This document shows positions 39,190 through 51,965 of a stretch of DNA of 64,000 nt, piece by piece. The translations under genes and the position numbers were made by a program. Origin of the DNA: the human T2T-CHM13v2.0 reference genome, Homo sapiens; assembly GCF_009914755.1 (NCBI RefSeq), contig NC_060934.1; one strand, 5' to 3'. The notes under the pieces are model-generated. The model saw only the letters and a list, made by a program, of their open reading frames with translations. It was not told the origin of the DNA and ran no database searches. Position 1 is the stretch's first letter, and every line of letters starts with the position of its first letter.

Positions 39190-40220
39190 CTGTGAGTGGG
39201 TGTGTGTGAGGGTGGGAAGTATGTGAGTGTGAGCATGAGCGAGAGTGAGCATTGTGAGAGTGAATGTGTGTGTGGATGTGTGAATGAGTGAGAGTATGCA
39301 GGAGTAAGAGCCAGCATGAGTGAGAGTAAGAGTGTGTGAGTGGGCTGGGCACAGTGGCTCATGCCAGTAATCCCAGTACTGTGGGAGGCCAAGGCGGGCA
39401 GATCACTTGAGCCCAGGAGTTCTAGACCAGCCAGGCAACATAGCAAGACCCCATCTTTACAAACCCTCCCCCTCAAAAATTAGCCAGGTGTGGTGGCACA
39501 TGCCTGTAGTCCCAGCTACTCAGGAGGCTGAAGCAGGAGGCTCACCTGAGCCCAGGAGGTAGAGGCTGCAGTGAGCTGTGATTGTGCCACTGCACTCCAG
39601 CCTGGGTGACAGAACAATACCCTGTCTCAAAAAAAGAAAAGGGTATGAGTATGTGAAAGCAAGTGCGTGAGAAAAAGTGTAAGCATGAGAATGAGTGGTA
39701 GGTGTGAGAGTGAGACAATGGCTGAGAATGAGTGTGTGTCAGCATGAGAGTGGGTGTGTGAGTGAGGGTGTGTGGTGAGTACACGAGAGTAAGAGTGTGT
39801 CAGAGAATGAGAGTGGACAAGAACGAGTGAGTGTGAGAGAGTGGGCATGAGTGAGTGAGAATGTGGGCATCAGTGAGAGTGAGTGTGGGAAGGAGTCAGA
39901 GTGAGTGTTGAGAGGGGATGAGTGAGAGTGAGTGTGAGAGTGGGGATGAGAGTGTGAGAGCGGGGATGAGTGAGAGTGAGTGTGAGGGGAGGGTGAGTGA
40001 GAATGAGTGTGGGCATGAGTCAGAGTGTGAGAGGGGGGTGGGTGAGAGTGAGTGTGTGGGGGGATGAGTGAGTGTGAGGGGAGGGTGAGTGAGAATGAGT
40101 GTGGGCATGACTGAGAGTGAGTGTGAGCGTAGAGTGCGCGAGAACAGTCAAGTGTGTGTGTGGAAGTGAGCGGATGAGCGTGAGTACTTGTGGGAGTGTG
40201 CATAGGTAAGAAGCGTGTGT
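39190..40220. repeat. Degenerate (TG)/(GAGT)-rich low-complexity tract, split by an Alu
   Basis: Recurrent gagtgtg, gagtgagag and gagtgtgggcatga units. Confidence 0.9.
39343..39640 (+). mobile_element. Alu (AluJ-like)
   Basis: ggctgggcacagtggctcatgcc...ccctgtctcaaaaaaag. Confidence 0.93.
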
Positions 40221-40794
40221 AAGTGACCCCTTGACCCCTCAGGTGGCTCCACCCAGGAGAGGACAAAAGGGTTGGTCTCTGAGGGGGCCTCACGTTGGGA
40301 CCCCTTGAGACCACAGGACCCACAGGAGCAGAAGCATCATCTGTGAGGTCTGGAGTTGGCCTCAAGGGTCCTCACCCGACAGCAGGGAACCGGCACCCTC
40401 TCTCCCTGCCTGCTGTCCGGAGAAGCCTGACCCAGGGAGGAGGAAAAGTCCCTTCCGCTGAGTGGAGGCAGACCCAGGAGGCCTGCAGGGGTTGTAGGTG
40501 GAGGCTTCAGCACAGGCCTGTTTCTGTGGAGCCCAGAAGGGACCTGCGCTGAGCTGCTGTGGCCTGGATGCACAGGGGGGAAACTGAGTTGCGGGTCACC
40601 CTGAGAAAAGCACAGGGCCCCGACCCAGTCGGCCGGAGTCGCATCCCACATCTGAGGCTTGTTAGCTGCGAGGCCCCAGGTCTTGGTTTCCTCATCTAAA
40701 AGTTGTGGATAACAGCTCTGCCTCCCTCTCAGCGTCGTTGTGGGAATTACACGAGAAATGCACTTGGAGAGAGTTCGGCAGCAGCTTTGAGACC

Positions 40795-41157
40795 CCAGGT
40801 CCACAGCCCCTCCTCAAAATTCCTGGGAGTCAAATGTGTTCAGGAATTTGCATATTTTTCCTTCAGACTTTGGAAAGGTAACACAGTGCACACATAACAC
40901 CCCCAGCAGGGATGGGGGTTTATTACATAACACCCCCAGCAGGGATGGAGGCAGCACCCAGTAATTAAACACATTAATATTTCTGCAGTGAATTATATGA
41001 ATATTCACCCTAAGTAGGATAAATAAAGCCTATAAATAGCTCAGATTAGCCCAGGACAGGTTTTGCTATCAATTGAATTTCCCACAAAACTTAAAAAATG
41101 CACTTGAAGTGTTCAGAGGGTTCTGGATTTCAGGGCTCTCGAGAAGGGACTTGGACT
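40795..41157. mobile_element. Tigger-derived MER (MER46C-like)
   Basis: Resemblance to recalled consensus (ataacacccccagc...gcagcaccc.gtaat.aaacacattaatatttctgcag). Confidence 0.6.
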
Positions 41158-41584
41158 TAGGCCGCCATCATCATGGCTGTCCTGGAGGCAGTGGCAGGCT
41201 TGCTATTGCTTCCAGATGCCTGGGAGCCTCTGAGGATGGTCTCTGCAGGCTTCTGGGTCTCCAGCCTTCACCATCAGCAAGCAGCCCTTGCCCATCTCTG
41301 CCCAACCATGGCCCCTTTAGATGCTGTACTTCCAGCTAGCTTCATCCCTGAGATGCCTGGGTCACACTCCACTGAAGCCTGGGCCAGCATGGAGTCGGGG
41401 AGAAAATGGGTGTGGCAGCTGGGGTTCTGCAGAGCTCTGATGGACACCTCTGGATTCAGTGAGAGAAATTTCTCAAGCTGCAGAGTTCCTGCGTTAGCTA
41501 TCTAGAGGAGAAACTAGGTCTAGGGTGACTCTGTCCCCCTCTGTTTGCCTTCTCACCTCCAGTTCCTCCTGTCCATCCCGAGCA

Positions 41585-41850
41585 ACATTTCCCAAAGAGT
41601 GCTTTGTGGGACTCTGATCTCTACGAGGTGCCTGGAGAAAGGACTCTGTGATCATGTGAGCTTGGGAAAGAACGCACACTCACCCACCTCTTGGAGATTC
41701 CCCCTGGACATTGATCTGTTAGAACTTCAGAAAGTCCTGCAATGAATTACCTGTTTAATTTTATTTAACCCAGCCTTTCCCAAATGTTCCTTGGCCATGG
41801 AACTCCTTTTTGTAGACCACCTCTTAGCACCCTGCGTAACTGGTGCTGTC
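41585..41850. mobile_element. Ancient hAT-Charlie-type MER (MER112-like)
   Basis: catttcccaaag start; aaagtcctgcaatgaattacctgtttaattttatttaacccagcctttcccaaa core. Confidence 0.55.
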
Positions 41851-44800
41851 CTTAGCAAGGTGCCATCCTAAGCTGCTGATGTCTGGTCAGGCTCAGAGCT
41901 TTTCAGCTGGAGGTGTTAGGGCGCCTGTGCTGTTGGCCTCTCCCCCTCTTCAGCCTCCTGGCTCCCGAGCTCACCAGGGATGCCCAGAAGAATAAACTAA
42001 TTAAGGTAAAATGTGCAACAGCCATGCAGAGCCTTGTAGATCATAAATGGGAACGGCAAAATCAATGGCAGCCCTTCTGCAGGCAGAGGCCCGGAGGCCT
42101 GGGCGACGGGAGAGATGGGAGCCCGTGATTTAGGAAGAGCAAACGCTCTGGCAGCTGCAATCTGGGTAATTAGGTGTGTCAGGAAGACAGATAAACAGCG
42201 AGCTGTGCGGGTCGATGGCACAGGCAATAAACACCCAGCACTGGCCCCTGGCCCATGTCAGCATGCAGTCCTGCCTTCTGGCTCCTTGTAGCTGCATAAA
42301 AGCTGCACTCTGCCCTGGGGTCCCTCATGAGAGGGTGGGGGCAGCTGCTCGGGAAGAGGTGAGACTGTTAGGAGCAGGAGAGAGGTATTCTCTTGAGTCC
42401 CCTGGGGAAAGACACTGAGAAGGTAGAGGCGTGGGAGAAACAGGAGAGCATTTGGGGCAGGGCAGGGGGCCATGGAGCCACAGCCCTTACGAGGGGCAAG
42501 TCTAGTGATTCCCATTTCCACCCTGATTCTGGCATCTTGGCATTAAAGGAGACTTGAAGGTCTCAGAGTCCAGTCCAGTAGAACCACCATTTGCTGCCAG
42601 GAGGCCAGAGGGAAGGGTCTGCAGGTGAGGCTCAGGTGCCCACCATGCCCTGCAGGGGGCCAGGTGCTACACCAGATGCCGTTGGAGGCTGGGGGAAGTA
42701 CGCCTTGGTCCCTGACTAGGGGCTTTTAGAGTCCATCCACAACACCAGGGACAGGTAAAGGAGATACCAAGAGACAGCCATGAAATGAATGATACTGCCA
42801 CGTCTATAGCACTTGCCAGGTACCAGGCAATTCACGTATATTCTCATTAACCCTCACCAAAACCCCTCGAGGTGGGTACTATTTTCATGACCCCTTTACG
42901 TATGAAGCGCCTGGGGCATGAGAAAGAAGGGGACTTGCCTAAGATCCCACAACTGGCAGAGCCCAGCAGGGCAGAACCAGACAGTATGTCTGGGAGATGC
43001 CTTGAAATCAGGATGGAAGAGTCGCTGTGATCAGGGAGGGCTTCATGAGGGAGGAGGCAACTGAACTGGGACTGGAAGGGTCAGAGTAACAACAGCAATG
43101 CACTCTACAGTTTAGGCAGGATGGCGAGAAAAAGGCACAGAGGGGACATTGAGTTTGCCCAGGGAGGGGGGTTTGTGCAGGTGGAGGAGGCAAAGCATGG
43201 CAGGGCAGGGGAGACCCAGTAATTCCAGGACTGAGGGCAAAGGGGCCATTGGTGGCTTCTGATCTGGGGAAAGTCAGGGGAAGACAGTGTTTCCGGAAGA
43301 TTAAGTTGGCAGTGGAGTGAAGGGTGAATGCGCCAGCAAAGGAGAAAATGCAGCGAGTGGCCACTATTTTAGGAGCTCAGGCTTGATCGGGATGGGGAAG
43401 AAGCACCGGTGCAGGAGGGGTTGGCTGAGTGTGGCCGGCAGAGTGAGGGAGCTGTCCAAAATGTGGAAACAGTGACCCAAGCAGGGACACTGAGCTTACT
43501 GGGGGTGAGCAAGAGCCTGACTTCAGACAGTTTGCATTTAAAGTGACCATGGGGTGGCCAAGAGGTCACTGGCCAAGAGGCATGACTGCTTACAGAATAG
43601 AGTCTGGAGCTAGGGAGAAGGGAAAGACCAGGCCATAAACAGGGTCCCTTGAGTCCCAGGGAGAAGCCACATTTGGGACAGAGATGGAGGCATCAGAAGA
43701 CTAGAAAAGGGGAACAAGAGGGCACCTAGAGCCACTGGGAGCATGAGGTTGTGTCATAAAGAACTCTTCCAAAGGATCACTGGATCAGAATGCCTCCTCC
43801 CCAGGAGGCTTTCCCCACCTGGGAGATGTCCTGACTCATGGTCTGGTATTGGTGGTAGAGAGAAGGGTGGGCAGGTTTGTGTGGCAAGGCAGAGGCCTCA
43901 GCCTCCAACCTCATTCATCAGGCAAACAGCAGGGCTGGGGAAGTAGCCAGCAACCCTCCCTCTAGGTGGATCTTGGGCAACTCATGAACTTGTGTTTTCC
44001 TGATCTGTAAAATGGAATGAGAATGGCCACCTATTCGTCAGGTTGTTGTGAGGGTTAAATTAGATAATGTATGTAAAGTGCTGAGAACAATACCTGGCAC
44101 ATGATAAGTTAAATAAATAATAACAACACCGTCACCATCACCACCATCATCCAGGAAATCACAGCACATGACCACAGCAGATCCTCAACTCAGGAGGCAA
44201 CTGTGATGTTAAGTATAAAAGGCTTTATAAGACTTCGTCAATGGAAAACCAGCAAGACAGTGATGGCTCCAGGGGAAGAAAGAACTCATTCAGGCAAAGG
44301 ACATTTTAAAAGAGGAGCCCAGGCTGTGCTGGGTCCCTGATGTAAATGCTGACCCCAGCCTTCCTTCCCTCATCCCAAGGTTAAGAGGGAAACCCGATCA
44401 GCTCCCGCCAGGCACTTTGCCCACATCAGCTCCTTCAGTGCTCTCTGTAGCAGTGCCAGGAAGGCAGAGTCTTCATTTCACAGAAAGAAACAGGGGCTCA
44501 GAGGCTTAGGTCATTTGCCTAAGGTTGCACAGCTGTTGTGAGGTGGTCTGTCTGTTGCAGATCCCCCTCTCATGTTATTAAAGAGCTGAGGTTGCTCGTA
44601 GGAGGCAGTCCCAGTTCCTAAGGAAGCTTGTTCCTTGTTAGGACCATGGGGATGGCCTCTGGGGCCCCATATTCCATATTATGCTGCTTTGGCCCATGCT
44701 GGGAGAGCTGCAAGTCAGGACTTTGCATCCAAGTGAAATCTGGCTGGGGGATCAGGAGACCCCAGAATCCATTTTAGGACCTAGAGAATCCTAGGAAAAG

Positions 44801-45199
44801 AGGGTGGAGCCATAGGGCCATACATCTCAGACTTTGCTGGGTTCAGGAAGCTCCTGGAGATTAAATACAGATTCTGGTTTTGGAGGTCTGGTGTGGGGCC
44901 TAACAGTCTGCATTTTTAAGAGCACCCCGCTGATTCCCATGCTTCTGGCCCATGCATCAGACTTGGAGTAGTGAGGTGCAGAATATCTGGGTACAGTTGG
45001 AACTGGACTAGGTGGAGGAGCTGCCCGACCAGGGGTGCTTCTCTCAAAAGCAGTCAGCTCCTCTGCTGTGAGGGCAGAAGAGGCTGGAAGTACCACCCAT
45101 CCAAATACCCTTCTCTCTAGCGTGGTGACTGACGCTCCCTCTCCTCTATAAGAAGTTACAAGAGCCTCTGCTGAAGACCTCTTTAAGTATGACACAGAG

Positions 45200-45960
45200 C
45201 CCAAAAAAGAAAAGAGTGATAAATCCAAGTCCATAAAAAGGAAAATTTTCCACATTACAACATCCACCAAGAGCAAAGACAAAAAAAAAAATGACAAACA
45301 AGGGAAAAGTATTTTAAACTTGTCCTATAGACAAAGGGCTAATTCCCTAATTTATAAAGAGCTGTTACAACTCAATAAGGAAAAGACCAATAATCAATAC
45401 AAAAATAGGCAGAGGCTATGAGCAGATAAGAAATTCAAATATATAAAAATATTCTCAGTCTCCTTCATTTTAACAAAAGTGAAAATTAAAACTGCACTTA
45501 GATATAATTTTTCCCCATCAGATTAGCAAATACTGTAAAAATAGATGAAATATTTGTTGGGAGTGTCGGAAAGTGCTTGCTTGCATATTTGGTCGACACG
45601 AACTTCCTGAGCAGTGGCCCTAGGAAGGACAATCTGGCAGTGGCTATGAAAACTACACATGTATATTCATTTGAGACAGTAATTCTATTTCTATGAACTC
45701 ACAAATATGCCTGCAATTGTGGGAAATAGCATGTTGTACAAACTTATTCATTTGGTAGCACGTTTTGTGAGGGCAAAAGGCAAAAGACTGCAAGTAATCT
45801 TTCATCAATAGAGGACCAATTAAATTAATGGCACAGTGGAGTACTATACAACCATAAAATGAATGAGAAAGCTCTCTGTGTACTGCCATGAAATCAAATC
45901 CAAAATGCATTGTTAAATGAAAAGAGCAAAGAGTGGAACCATGAGTTGGGCATGCTGTTT
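45200..45960 (+). mobile_element. Old L1 (L1ME-like) fragment
   Basis: A-rich degenerate L1 ORF2 end/3' UTR (gacaaagggctaatt, tataaagagctgttacaactcaataag). Confidence 0.65.
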
Positions 45961-46659
45961 GTGTAGAAAGGAGGGAGACACATAAATTATTAGAGCAGTG
46001 CTCTGCACATAGCAGCTCTTCAATCATTTTGTGGAACTGAATGCATGAAAGTACGGTAGTGGTGGGGCTCACAGTTCACACTGACCCATCCACTACCCAT
46101 GCTCCTGTTTGTTACCCCAGGCCAGCTCATGCGGGCGGGAGTGCTCAGGGCTATTCAGTGAAGCAGCTGGGGTGAGCTAGTGTGTGACCCCCCCCAGGGG
46201 ATGGGCTTTGACCAGGAGCTGCAGAACATCCTAGGTTCCTGGATGTGGAGGGAGGTGTCAGCACCTGTCTCTTGTCCCCCTGCGTCCTGCACACTCTCCT
46301 ACCTGGTTTCACTGAGTAGTGTTGCCTGAGATGCTACTCAGTGGCTTGTATTTTTCTAGGTTGCTGAAGCCATAAGCCAGTTTCCTGGCCCAGGCCCTCC
46401 TGGGATGGTGGTCAGTCTTCCTCCTTCTCCTTTCCCTTACCCGCTTACCAATTCTCAGCCCTTGACCCAGACTCACTGGGCCCCCCATCTGCACAGTGTT
46501 ACAATGCGGTCCTTTTCTCTTTGCTCCCACGGTTTCTCTTTCCCACAGGCCAGGAGGAAGGCCTGTGGACCTCTGCCCACGACACTTTGAGAGGCTCTGG
46601 CTTTCTTCAGAGCCACAGGACTAGAACGGCTATTGTGTGGAGGGCTTATAAAGTCCTGG

Positions 46660-47130
46660 GCACTGTAATAAGTGCTTTCATTCGTTATCTCAGGTGTTCA
46701 TTCAAAAATACGTATTTAATGCTTACTAAGTGACAGTCACTCCTTTGGATCTGGAGTACGGCAGTGAAAAAGGCACCCCCATGGAACTAAGACCCTAGTA
46801 GGAGAGATGGACAACAAACAAAAATCGCCTGTTTTCAGATAGTGGTCAGCACTGTGAAGGAAAATAAAGCCAGTTAAGGGCACAGGGGGTAATGGGGGTA
46901 CAATTTTAGATACGGGGCTCAGGAAAGATCTCACTGGAGGAGGGGCCTGAATGAAGGAGTGAGCCTGGAGAACATCAGTGGGAAAAGCATTTCAGGCAGA
47001 GGGAACAGCAAGTACGAAGGCCTCAGGTGGGAAGGCAGTGAGTGAGAGGAAGGATGGAGGAAAGAAGGTCAGAAAGGCAACCCGGGTCACATAGGAGGGG
47101 TGCTGTAAGCGATGGGAAGGGCTTTGGATA
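46660..47130 (-). mobile_element. L2 fragment
   Basis: ttcattcaaaaatacgtatttaatgcttact...gcatttcaggcagagggaacagcaagt. Confidence 0.6.
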
Positions 47131-49469
47131 TAGTCTATGGCGCCACTAGTGGGAGTTGAGCTTAAGAAGTTGGCATGATTTTAGATGAGGGAGTTGAGGC
47201 TGAGAGAGGTCAAGTAACTTGTCCAAGGTCACACAGTAAATAAGGGGCAGACCCCAGGTTTGTACAAAATGACTCCCACAGGATGTTGTTGGGATGCAGG
47301 GTGCTTGCCCTCTTCCAGGAACTCCAACGCTAGCATCCCAAAGGCTGGCCAAGGGAGGAGAGTGGGACCATGCTTCCACAGGTCGCTCTAACACACTGGC
47401 ACATGCCATGGGCACAGCCAAATGCCATGGGCATGCCTGGGCTGGTTGGGACCCCTGGAGAGTGGGAAGGGTGGCAATGGCCAAGTGCCATGCCAGCTGG
47501 GCCCAAGGAAGTGCTGACATGGCACAATGTCCCTGCTCCACACCCCGCCCACTGTCGATTAACCAATGGGATCACTCAACTGAAAAATTAACTAAAACCG
47601 ACAGACATCCCTCAAACCCACACAAGGTCAACAGCACTGAGGCTGCTGGGCACTGTTGCCTCACCCCCACCCTGGAGGCCGGCTCCGGCCTCTCCCAGTG
47701 CACACTTATGCCCTCGATCTCATGAGCCCAGGGCCCTTCTGGCGCCTTCACCGTGTCTGCCTTTCTTGACTTCCCTCAGTTGGCAAACCTCCTCTCAGGC
47801 CCAACAGCTCATGCCCACCTGTTCTTCCTGGGATTTATTTATCAAATTTTAACTTAGCTCTTAGGATATGCAATGTCTGGCTGGGGCCAAAGGGGGCCAC
47901 AACATGAACGTACAAGGCTTTGCCTTCAAGGAGCTTAGAGTCCAGGCAGAGGATTGGGAGAGGGGACTCAGATACCCGGAGAAACACAAGGCCGTGTTGA
48001 GGATAGAGTGTGAACTTCACGAGGGCAGGATTTTTGTGTTTTGTTCACTGAAGCATCCTCAGTCCCTAGAATAGTAGGTGCTCAGTAAATATTTGTCCAA
48101 TGGATGAATGCATTAATAAATGAGTAGGGTTGTTGTGGGGCTGAGCATGAAACTAGCATGATTCTGAGATAGTGGCCTTCCACCTTGGTGTATGCAGGAA
48201 TCGCCTGGAGGTCTTTACCATCTGGTGACTGGGTCCCCCTCCTAGAGGTTCTGATGGGATTGACTGGAGTGCAGCTTAGCTGGGATTGTTGAAAGCTCCC
48301 CAGGTGACCCTAATGTGCAGCCTGGGCAGGGAACCAGGGCTCTGGGATTCACAATGCAACACTCTAAGAGCGTGGGAGGGGCTGCTGCTTCAGAGATAGA
48401 TACCTGGTGGCTGCCACTGCAGATGCTCTGTGCTTGGTGAATAGGGGATGGTCTGTCCCCTTCCTCTGGCATCTGCCTGCTGAGCCCAAACTTCCAAAGT
48501 TCTCCTCGCTCCAGCTTCCAGGAGACTTCCTGGGGACTCACCCCTTCTATAGGCATCCCTTGACGCTGATCCCTTTCTGACCTTGTCCAACGTTAAAGAG
48601 TTGATCAGCCCATCAATTAATTGTGTCCTAATCCAATCTTGGCTTGGCTGGAGAGAGGGCAGTAAATCCAGCTGCATAATCATGCCCTGATATTTGTGTA
48701 GGGATAATTACTATCTCTCAGGCCTCACTTGGTGGCAAGATGAGATGAAAACCCATAAAACACCACTCAGGGCTGTGGCTCATTGTTTCTTGGCTACACA
48801 AGGCTGGCTGCCAGCCAGACAGCACTGCCTGCCCCTGCCCCTGGCATAAGCCCCAACCTCTTCCCCTCCCGTTTATGCAACTGCAGGACTCAACATCAGG
48901 GGCAGTCTAGGGGCTGGATCCTGGTTTGGGCTCAACAACCAGTAATGGTAATGTCGTGGCTCAGGGGAAAGCCAGTGTATATGTGTCAGGGTGGGGAGCG
49001 GAGCACAAGGAAGGTGGTCCTCATAGCCAGGCAGTCACCGGCCTCCAGGAGGTTGGGAGGTCCAGGATGATGACTGCTCAAGTCTGAACCCCAGGGCTTC
49101 ATCCAAAGCTGACCCAAAAGAGGGCTGCCTTCTGGAGGAGCCCACTGCACATTCAACCTAGCCCCACAGGGACACAGGGCCCTACATCCCTCACAGTGTC
49201 CCTCACCTAGGGACACTGTGACCTGGGACTTCCGCAGAGATGTTACAGCCCCACAGGCCTGGGCTGAGATCCTGAGAGCTGAGCCTAAGAAAATGCAAGC
49301 ATCGCGGTGGAGGGGGGGTGGGTGGGGGGGAGCGGCGGGCGCGGCGGGGAAACCACCTTGATCTACTGCCACAAGAGCACAGCCCCCAAATCATGAGACA
49401 CTGAGCAACAACTGCAAGCTAGGCTCTCCAAGAGGCAGTGAGGACATAGGGTTGAGGAAAGCCGTAGAG

Positions 49470-49715
49470 CATCTTGATTAAGAGGATGGATCTGGAGTCA
49501 GACACCTGGGTTTGAATCCTGGGACTTACAAGCTGCATGGCCTTGGGCAAGTCAGGTAACCTCTTTGTGCCTCAGTTTCCTCAATTGTACAGTGGCATTT
49601 ACCAGTACCTACTAATCGAGGTGTGTGAGGCCTAAATGAGATAATTAATGTAAATGCTTAGATCAGGGTCTGACACGCAATAGGTGCTACTTAAGTATTA
49701 ACTGTTATTATTGTC
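49470..49715 (+). mobile_element. MIR SINE
   Basis: ctggagtcagacacctgggtttgaatcctgg...ccttgggcaagtc...cctcagtttcctca. Confidence 0.75.
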
Positions 49716-50526
49716 ACTGTCATTTAGCCTTCTGGGCATCAATTTCCGTCATCCATTCCTTAGTGTGCAGGACCTTGTTACTCAAAGTGTGGTACCTGAC
49801 CCAGAGGCATCATCATCATAGCCTGGGAGCGGGTCAGAAGTGCAGGGTCTTGGCCCCACCCAGACCTGCTGAGTCAGTCTGCATTTGCACAAGACCTCTA
49901 GGGGATTCGGATGCACACTTCAGTTCGGGAAGCTCCTGCAAGAAAAGGCTCCACGAACTCAAGGTCTGTCTTCCTCACGGTTGTGTCCTCAGCATCTCTA
50001 GGCTGGCATAGTGTAGGTGCTTAGCAAGAATTTGGGGAGTGAACAAGTGAGCTCAGCTGAGAGTAGTGGGGGGCTCCTGAAGGATTTCAGAACATTTTAG
50101 AAAGGTCCTCTACAGCTAGCATGGAGGCTGATTCTAGTGGCATCTTCCGATCACGGCATAACCCAGGTGAGAGTGATGCATGCTTGAGCCAGGGCAGGGC
50201 AGTGGGGCTGGAGAGGAGAGGAGGGGTCAGGAGGGCTCACATTAGGAGGCGGTGGTGGGGACACACAGTCTGAGGGAGAGACTCGGTCTCTGCTCACCCT
50301 GTCCATCTCCAGGTTCGGGTTTCAGGAGATGAGACCTACAGGCTCACACGCAAGAGAAGAATAAGTCATTCTGGGACCCAGGGAGGTCCTGTGGCAGCAG
50401 GGGGCAGTGCCTAGGGGGACAATGACAGTTGCCTGAGGAAGGGCCAGGGTTCCCATGGCCCTCCCCAAGTTGCTACTGGGAGGGAGAAGATGGGAAGCAG
50501 GAAGAGGCCTGAGCCCCAGCCCTTAC

Positions 50527-50723
50527 CCGAGAAGGCATTATTGGTGTTGAGGAAGTAGATCTCCTCCCGGCCGTCCCCGTCGATGTCGCAGGCTGTGACC
50601 CCGATGGCGTTCCCCTGCCGGTCCCGCAGCGCGTAGTAGGGTGAGCTGCGCTCATCGACCGCGATGTTCACCAGCCGCTTCTGGGCCCGGTCATACTTCA
50701 GAACCAGGTTGGGTCCATTGTAC
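50527..50723 (-). CDS. CRTAC1: CRTAC1 exon 3 (197 nt), YNGPNLVLKYDRAQ...DIDGDGREEIYFLNTNNAFS
   Basis: Acceptor ccag|G TAC, donor TCG G|gtaagg; DxDxDG FG-GAP-like Ca motif; CpG-rich; within ORF 50411..50860. Confidence 0.97.
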
Positions 50724-51559
50724 CTGGAGGAGGAATGGGGAGGGGATGCTGGGGAGGAGCCGCTGGGCCCACCCAGTCCCATCCAACCAGAGCAACGGGC
50801 TGGGAGTCCTCCCGGACACGCCATGGGGCAAGTCAGACCTGGAGTGTTCCCAGGGAACACGGCCAGCCTTGCCTCATGGAACCCTGAGTGTTGGATGAGT
50901 GTCCCTGAATCAGATCTTGCGCCCGGGCGCAGTGAGAGTCAGCAGGGGCCATGTGGGACACCATATAAGCAGCAGGGTGGCAGAGGGGAGTGGGAGCCAT
51001 GGACAGCCCGTTCCCACAGGCTTCACTGAAGAAAACAAAGAACTTCCTGATGCTCATCTTGCCCATTTCAATGCAAAAGGCACTTTCACATTTATGATCT
51101 CATTAATTTAAATTTAACAATCAAGAGAGGTAGGCATGTATTAGTAACCCATTTTATGGATGAGGCAACTGATGAGGTTTATCAGGGAAACTGAGGCTCA
51201 GAGAGGCTGAATGCCCTTTCCAAGGTAACACGGCCTAGGAAGTGTCAGGTGCTGGGAGTTGAACCAAGGTGCTTTCTACTATCCCGAGTCCTGAGTCCCT
51301 GTGTGAATGAGCCCTGGAGGAGCAGGAGGCTTTGTTGTTGAGGTTTGAACAACTCTCTCGACAAAGTCCCTGCATTTAAACAAAAGGATGAAGTTTGCAT
51401 CTCAGATGGGAGAACATGAACACGTCTAAAGTTATTAGACAGACCTGCTGGATCTTTTTCTAAGAAATCAAGAGAAAAGGTTAAAAGGCATCACTACTTA
51501 TCTCTACTCTGTCTCACTCTCCTGCGCCTGCAACTCCCTCCTCGCTGCACTGAAGCCCC

Positions 51560-51965
51560 AGGCACTTTCTTGCCTCAGGGACTTTGCACTTGCTGTTCTC
51601 TGCCCAGGATGCTGTTCCTCCAGACATCCACACCGCTGGCTCCCTCCTTCATCTCCTTTAAACCTTTGCTCCCCTGTTCCTTCTCAGTGAGGGCTTGCCT
51701 GCCCATGCTCCCAAAATTAGCAACCACCCCCGCCACTGCACCACCACCCTGTTCTCTATCTCTCACTAATGCTCTCTTCCCACAGCTCTGACCAACAGCT
51801 GACAATTCCATATTCTCATTTACCTCTTCCTTCTCTGTCTGGTCCCACTAGAATGTCTGCCTCATGAAGGCAGAACTTCTTGTCTGTTTTGTTCCCCAGT
51901 GCCTAGAACCATGCCTAGTATACAATAGGTGCTCAATAAATATTTGCTAGCTGATTGAATGAATG
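51560..51965 (+). mobile_element. L2 3' end
   Basis: taggtgctcaataaatatttg...tgaatgaatgaa terminus. Confidence 0.7.

Noticed and set aside
39739-40365. His/Ser/Thr/Pro-rich 208-aa ORF
   Set aside because: Product of the TG/GAGT low-complexity tract.
47138-47153. CTCF-like CCACTAGTGGCGCC
   Set aside because: One base short in the core spacing relative to the consensus.
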